In this document: in pieces, positions 1 to 8,624 of the stretch
Numbering within the stretch: position 1 is the stretch's first letter
How the letters are laid out: each line of letters opens with the position of its first letter
Assembly (NCBI GenBank): GCA_000146045.2
Contig: BK006944.2
Coordinates: forward strand, 512,001-576,000
Direction of reading: 5' to 3'
Origin: TPA_inf: Saccharomyces
Lineage: Eukaryota
DNA length: 64,000 nucleotides
Position numbers and translations under genes: made by a program
Notes under the pieces: generated by a model
Database searches by the model: none
What the model was told of the DNA's origin: nothing
The model's input: only the letters and a program-made list of their open reading frames with translations

Positions 1-1159
1 AATCACGCCAGGCTGCGTATACTTCATCGGTTCTGAATTTCTGCGTAACAACAGTTTCAGAAAAGTCCTTCACGATCCCACCCATTCTATACTCTAGTAG
101 TCCTGCTTGGGCAATCATAACTCCGTTATCGATACAAAACCTATTATCTGTAGCATGTACTTGCCCATTGGCCCTGTCTTTACACATTTGCGCCATCATT
201 TCTTGTAATCGCACGTTACAACCAACACCGCCTACGATCAAAACTTGATTGGAGTTAACGTGAGCCATAGCTCTTTCTGTTATTTCAACTAGCATGGCGA
301 ATAGGTTCTCTTGCAGAGAGTAGCAAAGATCCTCTACAGTGACTTTTTGCTCGCCCGTTGTCTTGTCGAATAGGATCTTATTTTTCTTATTGCCCTTAAA
401 TAGATCCTTGGCAAGTAAATCGATGGAAGCCAATATACCACTCATCGAAAGATCCATCCCCTTTACTGTATAGGGAAGTTCTACCAAGTTTTCTTTGTGA
501 GGGGCTTTTTTAGCTAACTGCTCGATGTTGTAGCCAGGCGAGGGCTCATTAGGTATCTTCAGAGTTCTTGCAAATCTATCAAGACAATTACCGATAGCAA
601 TATCAAGCGTTTCACCAAAGATACGGTACCTTTTTTCCGAGTATGCAATAACTTGTGTATTTCCACCACTTACATACAGTACCACAGGATTTTGAGCTTT
701 AGTGATTTCTCTCCCCATTTCGATGTGACCAATGCAGTGGTTTACTCCCACCAGTGGCACGTCCCACAGTAAGGAGCACGTTCTGGCGGCGATGACAACT
801 GAATGCAGAGGGGCCCCCATGCCGGGACCTTTGGTAAAGCAAATTACATCAATGTCTAGTGTCGGGCTTTTGATGTCAGCTTCGGCCAGTGCTTGTTTTA
901 TGAGTCTTATGCACCAATTTCTGTGATGCCTTGCCGTGTCTCGAGGCAAAAATCCCTCCCCAGGAGGTGTGACATATGTGTCTCTAATATTAGAAAGCAT
1001 CTCAGCTTCGCAATCATAAGATAGATCGCTGTTGGCATGTTTAGGCAGAAGCGGATGCTTAACTATACCAACGCCCAGTTTATTTGCAGAACCTTCAAGT
1101 CCAAGCGCAATGTAGTAGTCCCTGCCATTTTTGGGTGGGATAGTGTTCAAGTTGACCAT
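1..1159 (-). CDS. KAE1: Kae1/OSGEP-family tRNA t6A synthase (KEOPS subunit); 386 codons at 2..1159, stop codon falls just outside the window
   Basis: The minus-strand translation from the ATG at 1157-1159 reads [41 protein letters not shown]... and continues ...[16 protein letters not shown] to the window edge. An in-frame ATG-ATG further upstream at 1257-1262 would add 35 residues, but the conserved Kae1 N-terminus starts at MVNL. Confidence 0.85.
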
Positions 1160-1320
1160 TTTGCTCCCGACTGCATTAGGGAACGCTTGGGAATTCCCTT
1201 CACGTAAAAGATAAATATATGCATCGTTGCACGAAGTAAAAATGGTTACTCTCGAACTCATCATAATGAAAGAATTCAGTTTTTCCGTATAAAGCGATAT
1301 TACAGGAGGAATAAAAAGCA

Positions 1321-1331
1321 AAATAAAAAAT
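1321..1331 (-). terminator. Pol III terminator (oligo-T on the tRNA strand) just 3' of tRNA-Asp
   Basis: Plus strand aaataaaaaat is a run of six or more T on the minus strand, directly after the tRNA 3' end. Confidence 0.6.
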
Positions 1332-1403
1332 CTCCGCGACGGGGAATTGAACCCCGATCTGGCACGCGACAAGCGCCCATTCTGACCATTAAACTATCAC
1401 GGA
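1332..1403 (-). tRNA. tD(GUC): tRNA-Asp (anticodon GUC), 72 nt, no intron
   Basis: The reverse complement reads TCCGTGATAGTTTAATGGTCAGAATGGGCGCTTGTCGCGTGCCAGATCGGGGTTCAATTCCCCGTCGCGGAG. That is the canonical yeast tRNA-Asp, with a CTTGTCGCG anticodon loop and a GGTTCAATTCC T-arm. Confidence 0.95.
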
Positions 1404-1531
1404 ACGTTATTTGTTGGATTTTTTCTCTTAGTTTTAAATATTTATATTTCGTCGAATTGGTACCTCTACAGCTCAGAAGCAGATGTCTTCAAGTTTTTTT
1501 ATTGTGTCTAAATAAGAATCAACCATTATCT

Positions 1532-1849
1532 TGACAAATGGGTGAATTTTAAGATAATTGTTGGGATGCCATTGATGATAAAGACTATAATATACATACA
1601 CAGAATATACTAGAAATTGTACTCGAGCACATAGGAATCCTCAAAATGGAATCGATATTTCTACATAATAATACTACGATTATTTTCTGCTTTCGTTTTA
1701 TATGTTTCATTATCCTATTATATTATCAATCCTTGCATTTCAGCTTTCATTAGATTGATGACTATTTTTCAACCTTATGTCCTCTTCTTACACCGCATAT
1801 GATAGTATACTAGCAATATGAATATTACTAAACAGATGATATTTCAACA
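1532..1849 (-). mobile_element. Solo Ty1/Ty2-type delta LTR, diverged, complement orientation, about 130 bp upstream of tRNA-Asp
   Basis: Plus strand TGACAAATGGGTGAATTTTAAGATAATTGTTGGGAT...TCCTCAAAATGGAATC...ATATTACTAAACAGATGATATTTCAACA is the reverse complement of a delta (TGTTGG...TCTCA). Both termini are mutated (TGACA instead of TGAGA, TTCAACA instead of TTCCAACA). By eye it is roughly 80% identical to the second delta at 5453-5784. No flanking 5-bp direct repeat is visible. Confidence 0.8.
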
Positions 1850-2513
1850 TCATGTTTTGCTTAGTAGACTCTTGCGGGCGTTCCATCCGTGTGAAATACA
1901 TCATTTACACCTCGCTCTGGGTCAAGTAATCAAAAAATACCTCGTCGAATATCTTCGACAAATCTGTCGCTTGGTTTATGTTTGACCTGATGTATATAAA
2001 ATCATCACTACCCAATTTAGAGAACACATTGCGTTGCCCGGCCGGCAAAAAATCCTGGGCCAAAAGTTAAAAGAAACTTTCTCATACTCACTCTGAAGTT
2101 GTACTATTACGAAGCACTAAAGCATTGATAGATAAATCAACACAGAACATACATGATTAAATTAGACACAGCTCTCTGTATTTTTTACTGTTTGAACTAA
2201 GGTTCTAATACTTACACATTCTTTTCAACCCATCAGATGGTGTCTTGCCCCTGCTTACGTAACCTACAACAATAGATTAGACACACCAGTGCCAAGGACA
2301 ATATGTTGCGTTCTGACTAGTCGAAGTATCATTACGCTGTGCAGATCGACCTGACACCAGACACAAAGGAGAATAGGGGCAGCATGAGTTCCGTCGGCGA
2401 CTCATTCCGACCTTCCACAGGTCCGTTGATTACTTTTTCACTGATCCGGTGGAATCTATGGTTGTTTTTTTCATCATGATATCTGTTTTAGGACTTTTTT
2501 TTTCAGCCGATCG

Positions 2514-2826
2514 CTTATCTGCTCACTAGAATCGTAATCAGTGATATTTTTATTAATAATTATTATTTATTTTTTTTTATACCATTTCCTTTTGATAAGG
2601 GGTCGTTGGTGCCGTGCCGCTATCAGGCAGCCTCACTAATCTACCCATTGACCTCATGCAGCAAAGTCACATCGCCCATATCTCTCGAGTGCGATAACGG
2701 GGAACTTGATTTGGTAACTGATAAGATTGTTAAATGTCAGTTTGGATGCTTTTTCTTACGTCCGATTAGCTTATCTTCTGGAGCAACCGGCCATTTACCT
2801 CCTCATAGTAAATTAAACATGATAAG
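2514..2826. promoter_or_regulatory. Cluster of five GATAAG motifs (GATA-factor / nitrogen-catabolite-repression UAS type) 240-550 bp upstream of GAP1
   Basis: GATAAG or its complement CTTATC occurs at 2514-2519 (-), 2594-2599 (+), 2720-2725 (+), 2770-2775 (-) and 2821-2826 (+). GAP1 is the classic Gln3/Gat1 target. Confidence 0.6.
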
Positions 2827-3062
2827 CGCATAGTTGGGGCAACACACCTTTCTTCCGGAATTCGCTCTGGATGAGACATATAAAGATGAAGGTGAAGTCC
2901 ACTTAAATGAATGTCAATGAGACGATGTTTTTTCTCCTAGATTGATTTTTGAATTCCTTGTATACAAAGTCTTGTTTTCTTATTGTCCTCAACAAAACAA
3001 AAGTAGAAAAGAACAGACCAAGGACAGCAACATTTATAAGAAACAAAAAAAAGAAATAAAAA

Positions 3063-4871
3063 ATGAGTAATACTTCTTCGTACGAGAAGAATAATCCAGA
3101 TAATCTGAAACACAATGGTATTACCATAGATTCTGAGTTTCTAACTCAGGAGCCAATAACCATTCCCTCAAATGGCTCCGCTGTTTCTATTGACGAAACA
3201 GGTTCAGGGTCCAAATGGCAAGACTTTAAAGATTCTTTCAAAAGGGTAAAACCTATTGAAGTTGATCCTAATCTTTCAGAAGCTGAAAAAGTGGCTATCA
3301 TCACTGCCCAAACTCCATTGAAGCACCACTTGAAGAATAGACATTTGCAAATGATTGCCATCGGTGGTGCCATCGGTACTGGTCTGCTGGTTGGGTCAGG
3401 TACTGCACTAAGAACAGGTGGTCCCGCTTCGCTACTGATTGGATGGGGGTCTACAGGTACCATGATTTACGCTATGGTTATGGCTCTGGGTGAGTTGGCT
3501 GTTATCTTCCCTATTTCGGGTGGGTTCACCACGTACGCTACCAGATTTATTGATGAGTCCTTTGGTTACGCTAATAATTTCAATTATATGTTACAATGGT
3601 TGGTTGTGCTACCATTGGAAATTGTCTCTGCATCTATTACTGTAAATTTCTGGGGTACAGATCCAAAGTATAGAGATGGGTTTGTTGCGTTGTTTTGGCT
3701 TGCAATTGTTATCATCAATATGTTTGGTGTCAAAGGTTATGGTGAAGCAGAATTCGTCTTTTCATTTATCAAGGTCATCACTGTTGTTGGGTTCATCATC
3801 TTAGGTATCATTCTAAACTGTGGTGGTGGTCCAACAGGTGGTTACATTGGGGGCAAGTACTGGCATGATCCTGGTGCCTTTGCTGGTGACACTCCAGGTG
3901 CTAAATTCAAAGGTGTTTGTTCTGTCTTCGTCACCGCTGCCTTTTCTTTTGCCGGTTCAGAATTGGTTGGTCTTGCTGCCAGTGAATCCGTAGAGCCTAG
4001 AAAGTCCGTTCCTAAGGCTGCTAAACAAGTTTTCTGGAGAATCACCCTATTTTATATTCTGTCGCTATTAATGATTGGTCTTTTAGTCCCATACAACGAT
4101 AAAAGTTTGATTGGTGCCTCCTCTGTGGATGCTGCTGCTTCACCCTTCGTCATTGCCATTAAGACTCACGGTATCAAGGGTTTGCCAAGTGTTGTCAACG
4201 TCGTTATCTTGATTGCCGTGTTATCTGTCGGTAACTCTGCCATTTATGCATGTTCCAGAACAATGGTTGCCCTAGCTGAACAGAGATTTCTGCCAGAAAT
4301 CTTTTCCTACGTTGACCGTAAGGGTAGACCATTGGTGGGAATTGCTGTCACATCTGCATTCGGTCTTATTGCGTTTGTTGCCGCCTCCAAAAAGGAAGGT
4401 GAAGTTTTCAACTGGTTACTAGCCTTGTCTGGGTTGTCATCTCTATTCACATGGGGTGGTATCTGTATTTGTCACATTCGTTTCAGAAAGGCATTGGCCG
4501 CCCAAGGAAGAGGCTTGGATGAATTGTCTTTCAAGTCTCCTACCGGTGTTTGGGGTTCCTACTGGGGGTTATTTATGGTTATTATTATGTTCATTGCCCA
4601 ATTCTACGTTGCTGTATTCCCCGTGGGAGATTCTCCAAGTGCGGAAGGTTTCTTCGAAGCTTATCTATCCTTCCCACTTGTTATGGTTATGTACATCGGA
4701 CACAAGATCTATAAGAGGAATTGGAAGCTTTTCATCCCAGCAGAAAAGATGGACATTGATACGGGTAGAAGAGAAGTCGATTTAGATTTGTTGAAACAAG
4801 AAATTGCAGAAGAAAAGGCAATTATGGCCACAAAGCCAAGATGGTATAGAATCTGGAATTTCTGGTGTTAA
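3063..4871 (+). CDS. GAP1: General amino acid permease, 602 aa (APC superfamily, 12 predicted TM)
   Basis: ATG at 3063. The ORF reads MSNTSSYEKNNPDNLKHNGITIDSEF...KPRWYRIWNFWC and is 602 aa with the expected amino acid permease hydrophobic core. Confidence 0.97.
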   Translation: MSNTSSYEKNNPDNLKHNGITIDSEFLTQEPITIPSNGSAVSIDETGSGSKWQDFKDSFKRVKPIEVDPNLSEAEKVAIITAQTPLKHHLKNRHLQMIAIGGAIGTGLLVGSGTALRTGGPASLLIGWGSTGTMIYAMVMALGELAVIFPISGGFTTYATRFIDESFGYANNFNYMLQWLVVLPLEIVSASITVNFWGTDPKYRDGFVALFWLAIVIINMFGVKGYGEAEFVFSFIKVITVVGFIILGIILNCGGGPTGGYIGGKYWHDPGAFAGDTPGAKFKGVCSVFVTAAFSFAGSELVGLAASESVEPRKSVPKAAKQVFWRITLFYILSLLMIGLLVPYNDKSLIGASSVDAAASPFVIAIKTHGIKGLPSVVNVVILIAVLSVGNSAIYACSRTMVALAEQRFLPEIFSYVDRKGRPLVGIAVTSAFGLIAFVAASKKEGEVFNWLLALSGLSSLFTWGGICICHIRFRKALAAQGRGLDELSFKSPTGVWGSYWGLFMVIIMFIAQFYVAVFPVGDSPSAEGFFEAYLSFPLVMVMYIGHKIYKRNWKLFIPAEKMDIDTGRREVDLDLLKQEIAEEKAIMATKPRWYRIWNFWC

Positions 4872-5064
4872 TGAATCGAACAACGACAAAAAAAGACTTT
4901 ATTTTTTAGATAATCATAATAAATATATTTATTTTCTCGTCATTAATCTAAAGAAAAAAGGGAAATGTTTATAGTCAAAAATTGTATATTTCCGTGCACT
5001 AATAAGATAAATTATACTATGAAAGAAAGTAAGGTATTTCTATTTTTTTACTTTTTGTTATTTT

Positions 5065-5075
5065 ATTTATGTTTT
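5065..5075 (+). other. Perfect 11/11 match to the ARS consensus sequence (WTTTAYRTTTW), a candidate replication origin core in the GAP1 3' flank
   Basis: ATTTATGTTTT at 5065-5075 sits in an AT-rich stretch between the GAP1 stop and the downstream delta. An ARS has been reported inside the LTR-flanked GAP1 segment. Confidence 0.4.
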
Positions 5076-5452
5076 TCTAGGAAATGTAAAAATAAATCTT
5101 TTAGTAGACAGCGAGATGAAAACTAATCTGTGTGAGCTTCAATCAATCAATATGATTTCCCCGCATTTTGTTTGATATTTTAATTGATTCCGATTAAATC
5201 CGCTGGTAGCAGTTTTGTTTCAAACTAATTCAGCCTCCTTACTCCCCATTTCCTTATTGAACTTTGGGGATTCGGAGTTCCTTTTTTTTTCCGCCACTCC
5301 GATAACTAAACTTTGCAGTTTCACTGCTTGTTAAACATTTTCCTACTATAAATGACATTTAAAACGTAATTGAGACAAAAAAAGTTAAATCGTTATTAAC
5401 TTTCACTGCGGCTCCGCTCTTTTCCTCATAAGGAAATCCCCTCTTATGATCT

Positions 5453-5784
5453 TGAGAAATGGGGGAATGTTGAGATAATTGTTGGGATTCCATTGTTGAT
5501 AAAGGCTATAATATTAGGTATACAGAATATACTAGAAGTTCTCCTCAAGGATATAGGAATCCTCAAAATGGAATCTATATTTCTACATACTAATATTACG
5601 ATTATTCCTCATTCCGTTTTATATGTTTCATTATCCTATTACATTATCAATCCTTGCACTTCAGCTTCCTCTAACTTCGATGACAGCTTCTCATAACTTA
5701 TGTCATCATCTTAACACCGTATATGATAATATATTGATAATATAACTATTAGTTGATAGACGATAGTGGATTTTTATTCCAACA
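5453..5784 (-). mobile_element. Solo Ty1 delta LTR (332 bp), complement orientation, with a perfect 5-bp target-site duplication
   Basis: Plus strand TGAGAAATGGGGGAATGTTGAGATAATTGTTGGGATTCCATTGTTGATAAAGGCTATAATATTAGGTATACAGAATATACTAGAAGTTCTCCTCAAGGATATAGGAATCCTCAAAATGGAATCTATATTTCTACATACTAATATTACGATTATTCCTCATTCC...TTTTTATTCCAACA is a full-length reverse-complemented delta. It is flanked by GATCT at 5448-5452 and again at 5785-5789. Confidence 0.9.
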
Positions 5785-5848
5785 GATCTTGATATAAGCC
5801 CTGTCATTGATTGCAAATGCACAAATTCCGGAGATTGAACAGCCAACA
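5785..5848 (-). mobile_element. Possible LTR-terminus fragment abutting the delta
   Basis: The reverse complement of 5785-5848 begins TGTTGGCTGTTCAATCTCCGGAATTTGTGC, an LTR-like TGTTGG start. I cannot assign it to a Ty family from memory. Confidence 0.2.
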
Positions 5849-5987
5849 CAAAGATAGTATTTGGGACTTAGCGGGTTGAGAACGGTAATTATATCATGAA
5901 TACTCCACTCCAAGCTTGTTTGATACATCACATTCTTGTAAAAATATATGATCCAATTCCTAGGACATCAGAAAATATATCTACTAT

Positions 5988-6060
5988 GGGCGTGTGGCGT
6001 AGTCGGTAGCGCGCTCCCTTAGCATGGGAGAGGTCTCCGGTTCGATTCCGGACTCGTCCA
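5988..6060 (+). tRNA. tA(AGC): tRNA-Ala (anticodon AGC), 73 nt
   Basis: GGGCGTGTGGCGTAGTCGGTAGCGCGCTCCCTTAGCATGGGAGAGGTCTCCGGTTCGATTCCGGACTCGTCCA has a G3:U70 acceptor pair, a TTAGCAT anticodon loop and a GGTTCGATTCC T-arm. Confidence 0.95.
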
Positions 6061-6085
6061 TTTTAAAATTTCTTTTTTTTTTTTT
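6061..6085 (+). terminator. Pol III terminator (TTTT, then a T13 run) immediately 3' of tRNA-Ala
   Basis: ttttaaaatttcttttttttttttt begins at 6061. Confidence 0.6.
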
Positions 6086-6566
6086 CTCTTTCCGTATGTA
6101 AGCTTTTTTCCTTTTTTTTTTTTTTTTTTTTTTTTTTTTCTTCACTACTTTTCAATGAAACTCTCTTCAAAAGACAGCATGCAGTAAAAGCGCCGATATG
6201 AGTGACGACGATTATATGAACAGCGATGACGACAACGACGCCGAAAAAAGATACGTAAGGCCAATTTTCGTCAGAAAGCGCAGGAGAGAAGAAGACTACG
6301 TTGCAACTAGCAAAGACAACATCCACCACCACCCATGCGATTGGTCCGCGAAACCATCGCAACGTCAAAACGAAAATGAGCAAAAAAGCACCATACGGCT
6401 TGTACCAGTGGCGATGAATACGCCGAAGTGTCAAGAGAAAAAAAAGAAAAGAAAGGGCGTTGGTACAACTAGTCATGAGGCTACGCTTTTCGAGTACGGT
6501 GAAAGCATAGCAGGCTACAAGTGTGTTACAACCGAGAGCGAAAGAGACCGCTTGAAACGAAGTCAT
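6063..6566 (-). CDS. YKR040C: Dubious ORF (167 aa) antisense to YKR041W, unlikely to be a real protein
   Basis: Its sequence is dominated by the poly-T tract (KKKKKKKKKKK) and the antisense of the YKR041W N-terminus. Confidence 0.15.
   Translation of the reverse strand: MTSFQAVSFALGCNTLVACYAFTVLEKRSLMTSCTNALSFLFFLLTLRRIHRHWYKPYGAFLLIFVLTLRWFRGPIAWVVVDVVFASCNVVFFSPALSDENWPYVSFFGVVVVIAVHIIVVTHIGAFTACCLLKRVSLKSSEEKKKKKKKKKEKSLHTEREKKKKKF
6112..6139. repeat. Homopolymer T28
   Basis: A 28-nt uninterrupted T run. It is read as poly-Lys in the dubious antisense ORF. Confidence 0.95.
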
Positions 6567-6950
6567 GAAAGCGAAAGCAGCAGTGAAAGCGAGGTAGACG
6601 TTTTCGCCTTTGACCAGGCAAAAGGTATCAGCTCTAAGGTTGAAGCCGAAGAACGCTACGCGCGGGCCGTTCGACAGTATTGGCGCATGACCAAAGACGA
6701 GCCGGCTACCTTACCACTGCCAGGCACACCTACCCTAGCGGCTGTGAGTTTAGATATGATTGATGACAAAAGCGTAGAACAATTTTACACAATGAGCAGT
6801 GCCTTGATGGATGCAAACAGACTAGACTTGATTCGCCGCGATAGAATCCGGTGGCACCCGGACAAACATCGTTATCATAAGTCCAAAGTCACAAAACTGT
6901 TTCAGGCCATTAACGGCCTGTGGGAGCAAGAAAAGACCGAGAAAAGGTAA
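6198..6950 (+). CDS. YKR041W: Uncharacterised 250-aa acidic/basic low-complexity protein
   Basis: ATG at 6198. The ORF reads MSDDDYMNSDDDNDAEKRYVRPIFVRKRRREEDY... and is 250 aa. Confidence 0.8.
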   Translation: MSDDDYMNSDDDNDAEKRYVRPIFVRKRRREEDYVATSKDNIHHHPCDWSAKPSQRQNENEQKSTIRLVPVAMNTPKCQEKKKKRKGVGTTSHEATLFEYGESIAGYKCVTTESERDRLKRSHESESSSESEVDVFAFDQAKGISSKVEAEERYARAVRQYWRMTKDEPATLPLPGTPTLAAVSLDMIDDKSVEQFYTMSSALMDANRLDLIRRDRIRWHPDKHRYHKSKVTKLFQAINGLWEQEKTEKR

Positions 6951-7250
6951 TGAAAAAGTGGAACTAGACCCCACGTCAGCGGGCCTAGGCCCTTCAATGT
7001 GTTAGAATACACAGCGTGCCTAGTTCCTGGTGCCTGGATCTCGAGGCCGCGGCACTGGAAAAGCCCTTTCTTTTCCAGATCGGGAAACCTAATGAGTCCA
7101 TAAAAAGAAATGTAGAGGTGGTGTTGACGTTTTGCCGCTTTTGGGCAAGTAGGTCTTTCTGCACGGCCCGGCCCGGGTCGTGCGGAAAAAGAAAAAAGCA
7201 GACAAAACAAAATTTTTCCTTTTTTTCGCCTTTGTTTCTCCTGATTCGGG

Positions 7251-7258
7251 TATATAAG
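7251..7258 (+). promoter_or_regulatory. Candidate TATA box (TATATAAG) about 270 bp upstream of the UTH1 ATG
   Basis: gggtatataagtg at 7248-7260. Confidence 0.35.
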
Positions 7259-7526
7259 TGAATACCATCTAATGTGTTTCCTTCTCGAGACCTCGGCGTC
7301 TCCCAGATCAAAGCTCAGCAAAGATTTTAAACCGCAATTTACGCTCCTTTCATCGGTAACTAAGAAGAAAAAAAAAAAAGTACGACCACACAATTTCCAG
7401 TGTATTCATTCCTTAAACTTCGTTTATTTTTTATTCATTCATTCATTTTTATTTGAATATAACCAACTACTAGTCCTTCCTTTAAACAAAAATTTACCCT
7501 CCCTTAATTTTTCAAGAAATTCCAGT

Positions 7527-8624
7527 ATGAAATTATCCGCTCTATTAGCTTTATCAGCCTCCACCGCCGTCTTGGCCGCTCCAGCTGTCCACCATAGTGA
7601 CAACCACCACCACAACGACAAGCGTGCCGTTGTCACCGTTACTCAGTACGTCAACGCAGACGGCGCTGTTGTTATTCCAGCTGCCACCACCGCTACCTCG
7701 GCGGCTGCTGATGGAAAGGTCGAGTCTGTTGCTGCTGCCACCACTACTTTGTCCTCGACTGCCGCCGCCGCTACTACCTCTGCCGCCGCCTCTTCTTCCT
7801 CCTCTTCCTCTTCCTCCTCTTCCTCTTCTTCCTCTGTTGGTTCTGGAGATTTTGAAGATGGTACCATTTCCTGTTCTGATTTCCCATCCGGACAAGGTGC
7901 TGTCTCCTTGGACTGGTTAGGTCTAGGCGGCTGGGCTTCCATCATGGACATGAACGGTAACACCGCCACCTCTTGTCAAGACGGATACTACTGTTCTTAC
8001 GCTTGTTCTCCAGGTTACGCTAAGACCCAATGGCCTTCTGAACAACCTTCCGATGGTAGATCCGTTGGTGGTTTATACTGTAAGAACGGTAAATTATACC
8101 GTTCCAACACCGACACTAACAGTTTGTGTGTAGAAGGTCAAGGCTCTGCTCAAGCTGTTAACAAGGTCTCCGGCTCCATTGCTATCTGTGGTACCGATTA
8201 TCCAGGTTCTGAAAACATGGTCGTTCCTACCGTAGTTGGCGCTGGTTCCTCCCAACCAATCAACGTCATCAAGGAGGACTCCTACTATCAATGGCAAGGT
8301 AAGAAGACCTCTGCCCAATACTACGTTAACAACGCTGGTGTCTCTGTGGAAGATGGTTGTATCTGGGGTACTGAGGGTTCCGGTGTCGGTAACTGGGCCC
8401 CAGTTGTCTTGGGTGCTGGTTACACTGATGGTATCACTTACTTGTCCATCATTCCAAACCCAAACAACAAAGAAGCACCAAACTTTAACATCAAGATCGT
8501 TGCCACCGATGGCTCTACCGTCAATGGTGCTTGCTCTTACGAAAATGGTGTCTACTCTGGCTCTGGCTCTGACGGTTGTACTGTTTCAGTTACTTCTGGT
8601 TCTGCTAACTTTGTCTTCTACTAG
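7527..8624 (+). CDS. UTH1: SUN-family cell-wall / mitochondrial outer-membrane protein, 365 aa, with signal peptide and Ser-rich linker
   Basis: ATG at 7527. The ORF reads [38 protein letters not shown]... and has the C-terminal SUN domain (CSYACSPGY...[18 protein letters not shown]). The ORF-track start at 7272 uses an upstream in-frame start that is not the conserved N-terminus. Confidence 0.93.
   Translation: MKLSALLALSASTAVLAAPAVHHSDNHHHNDKRAVVTVTQYVNADGAVVIPAATTATSAAADGKVESVAAATTTLSSTAAAATTSAAASSSSSSSSSSSSSSSVGSGDFEDGTISCSDFPSGQGAVSLDWLGLGGWASIMDMNGNTATSCQDGYYCSYACSPGYAKTQWPSEQPSDGRSVGGLYCKNGKLYRSNTDTNSLCVEGQGSAQAVNKVSGSIAICGTDYPGSENMVVPTVVGAGSSQPINVIKEDSYYQWQGKKTSAQYYVNNAGVSVEDGCIWGTEGSGVGNWAPVVLGAGYTDGITYLSIIPNPNNKEAPNFNIKIVATDGSTVNGACSYENGVYSGSGSDGCTVSVTSGSANFVFY
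7788..7836 (+). repeat. (TCC/TCT)n serine-codon trinucleotide repeat, 17 consecutive Ser
   Basis: tcttcttcctcctcttcctcttcctcctcttcctcttcttcctct. Three overlapping shadow ORFs in the track are out-of-frame readings of this repeat. Confidence 0.9.

Noticed and set aside
1404-1531. Possible third LTR fragment (tgttggatttt...) between tRNA-Asp and the left delta
   Set aside because: Only the 6-7 nt TGTTGGA resembles an LTR start. The rest shows no similarity I can recognise, so it is too short to call.
7554-7969. Three overlapping ORFs (Pro/Leu-rich on +, Gly/Arg-rich on -, poly-Glu on -) inside UTH1
   Set aside because: They are alternative-frame and opposite-strand readings of the (TCC/TCT)n serine repeat and its GC-rich surroundings. 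The low-complexity composition is diagnostic of repeat shadows.
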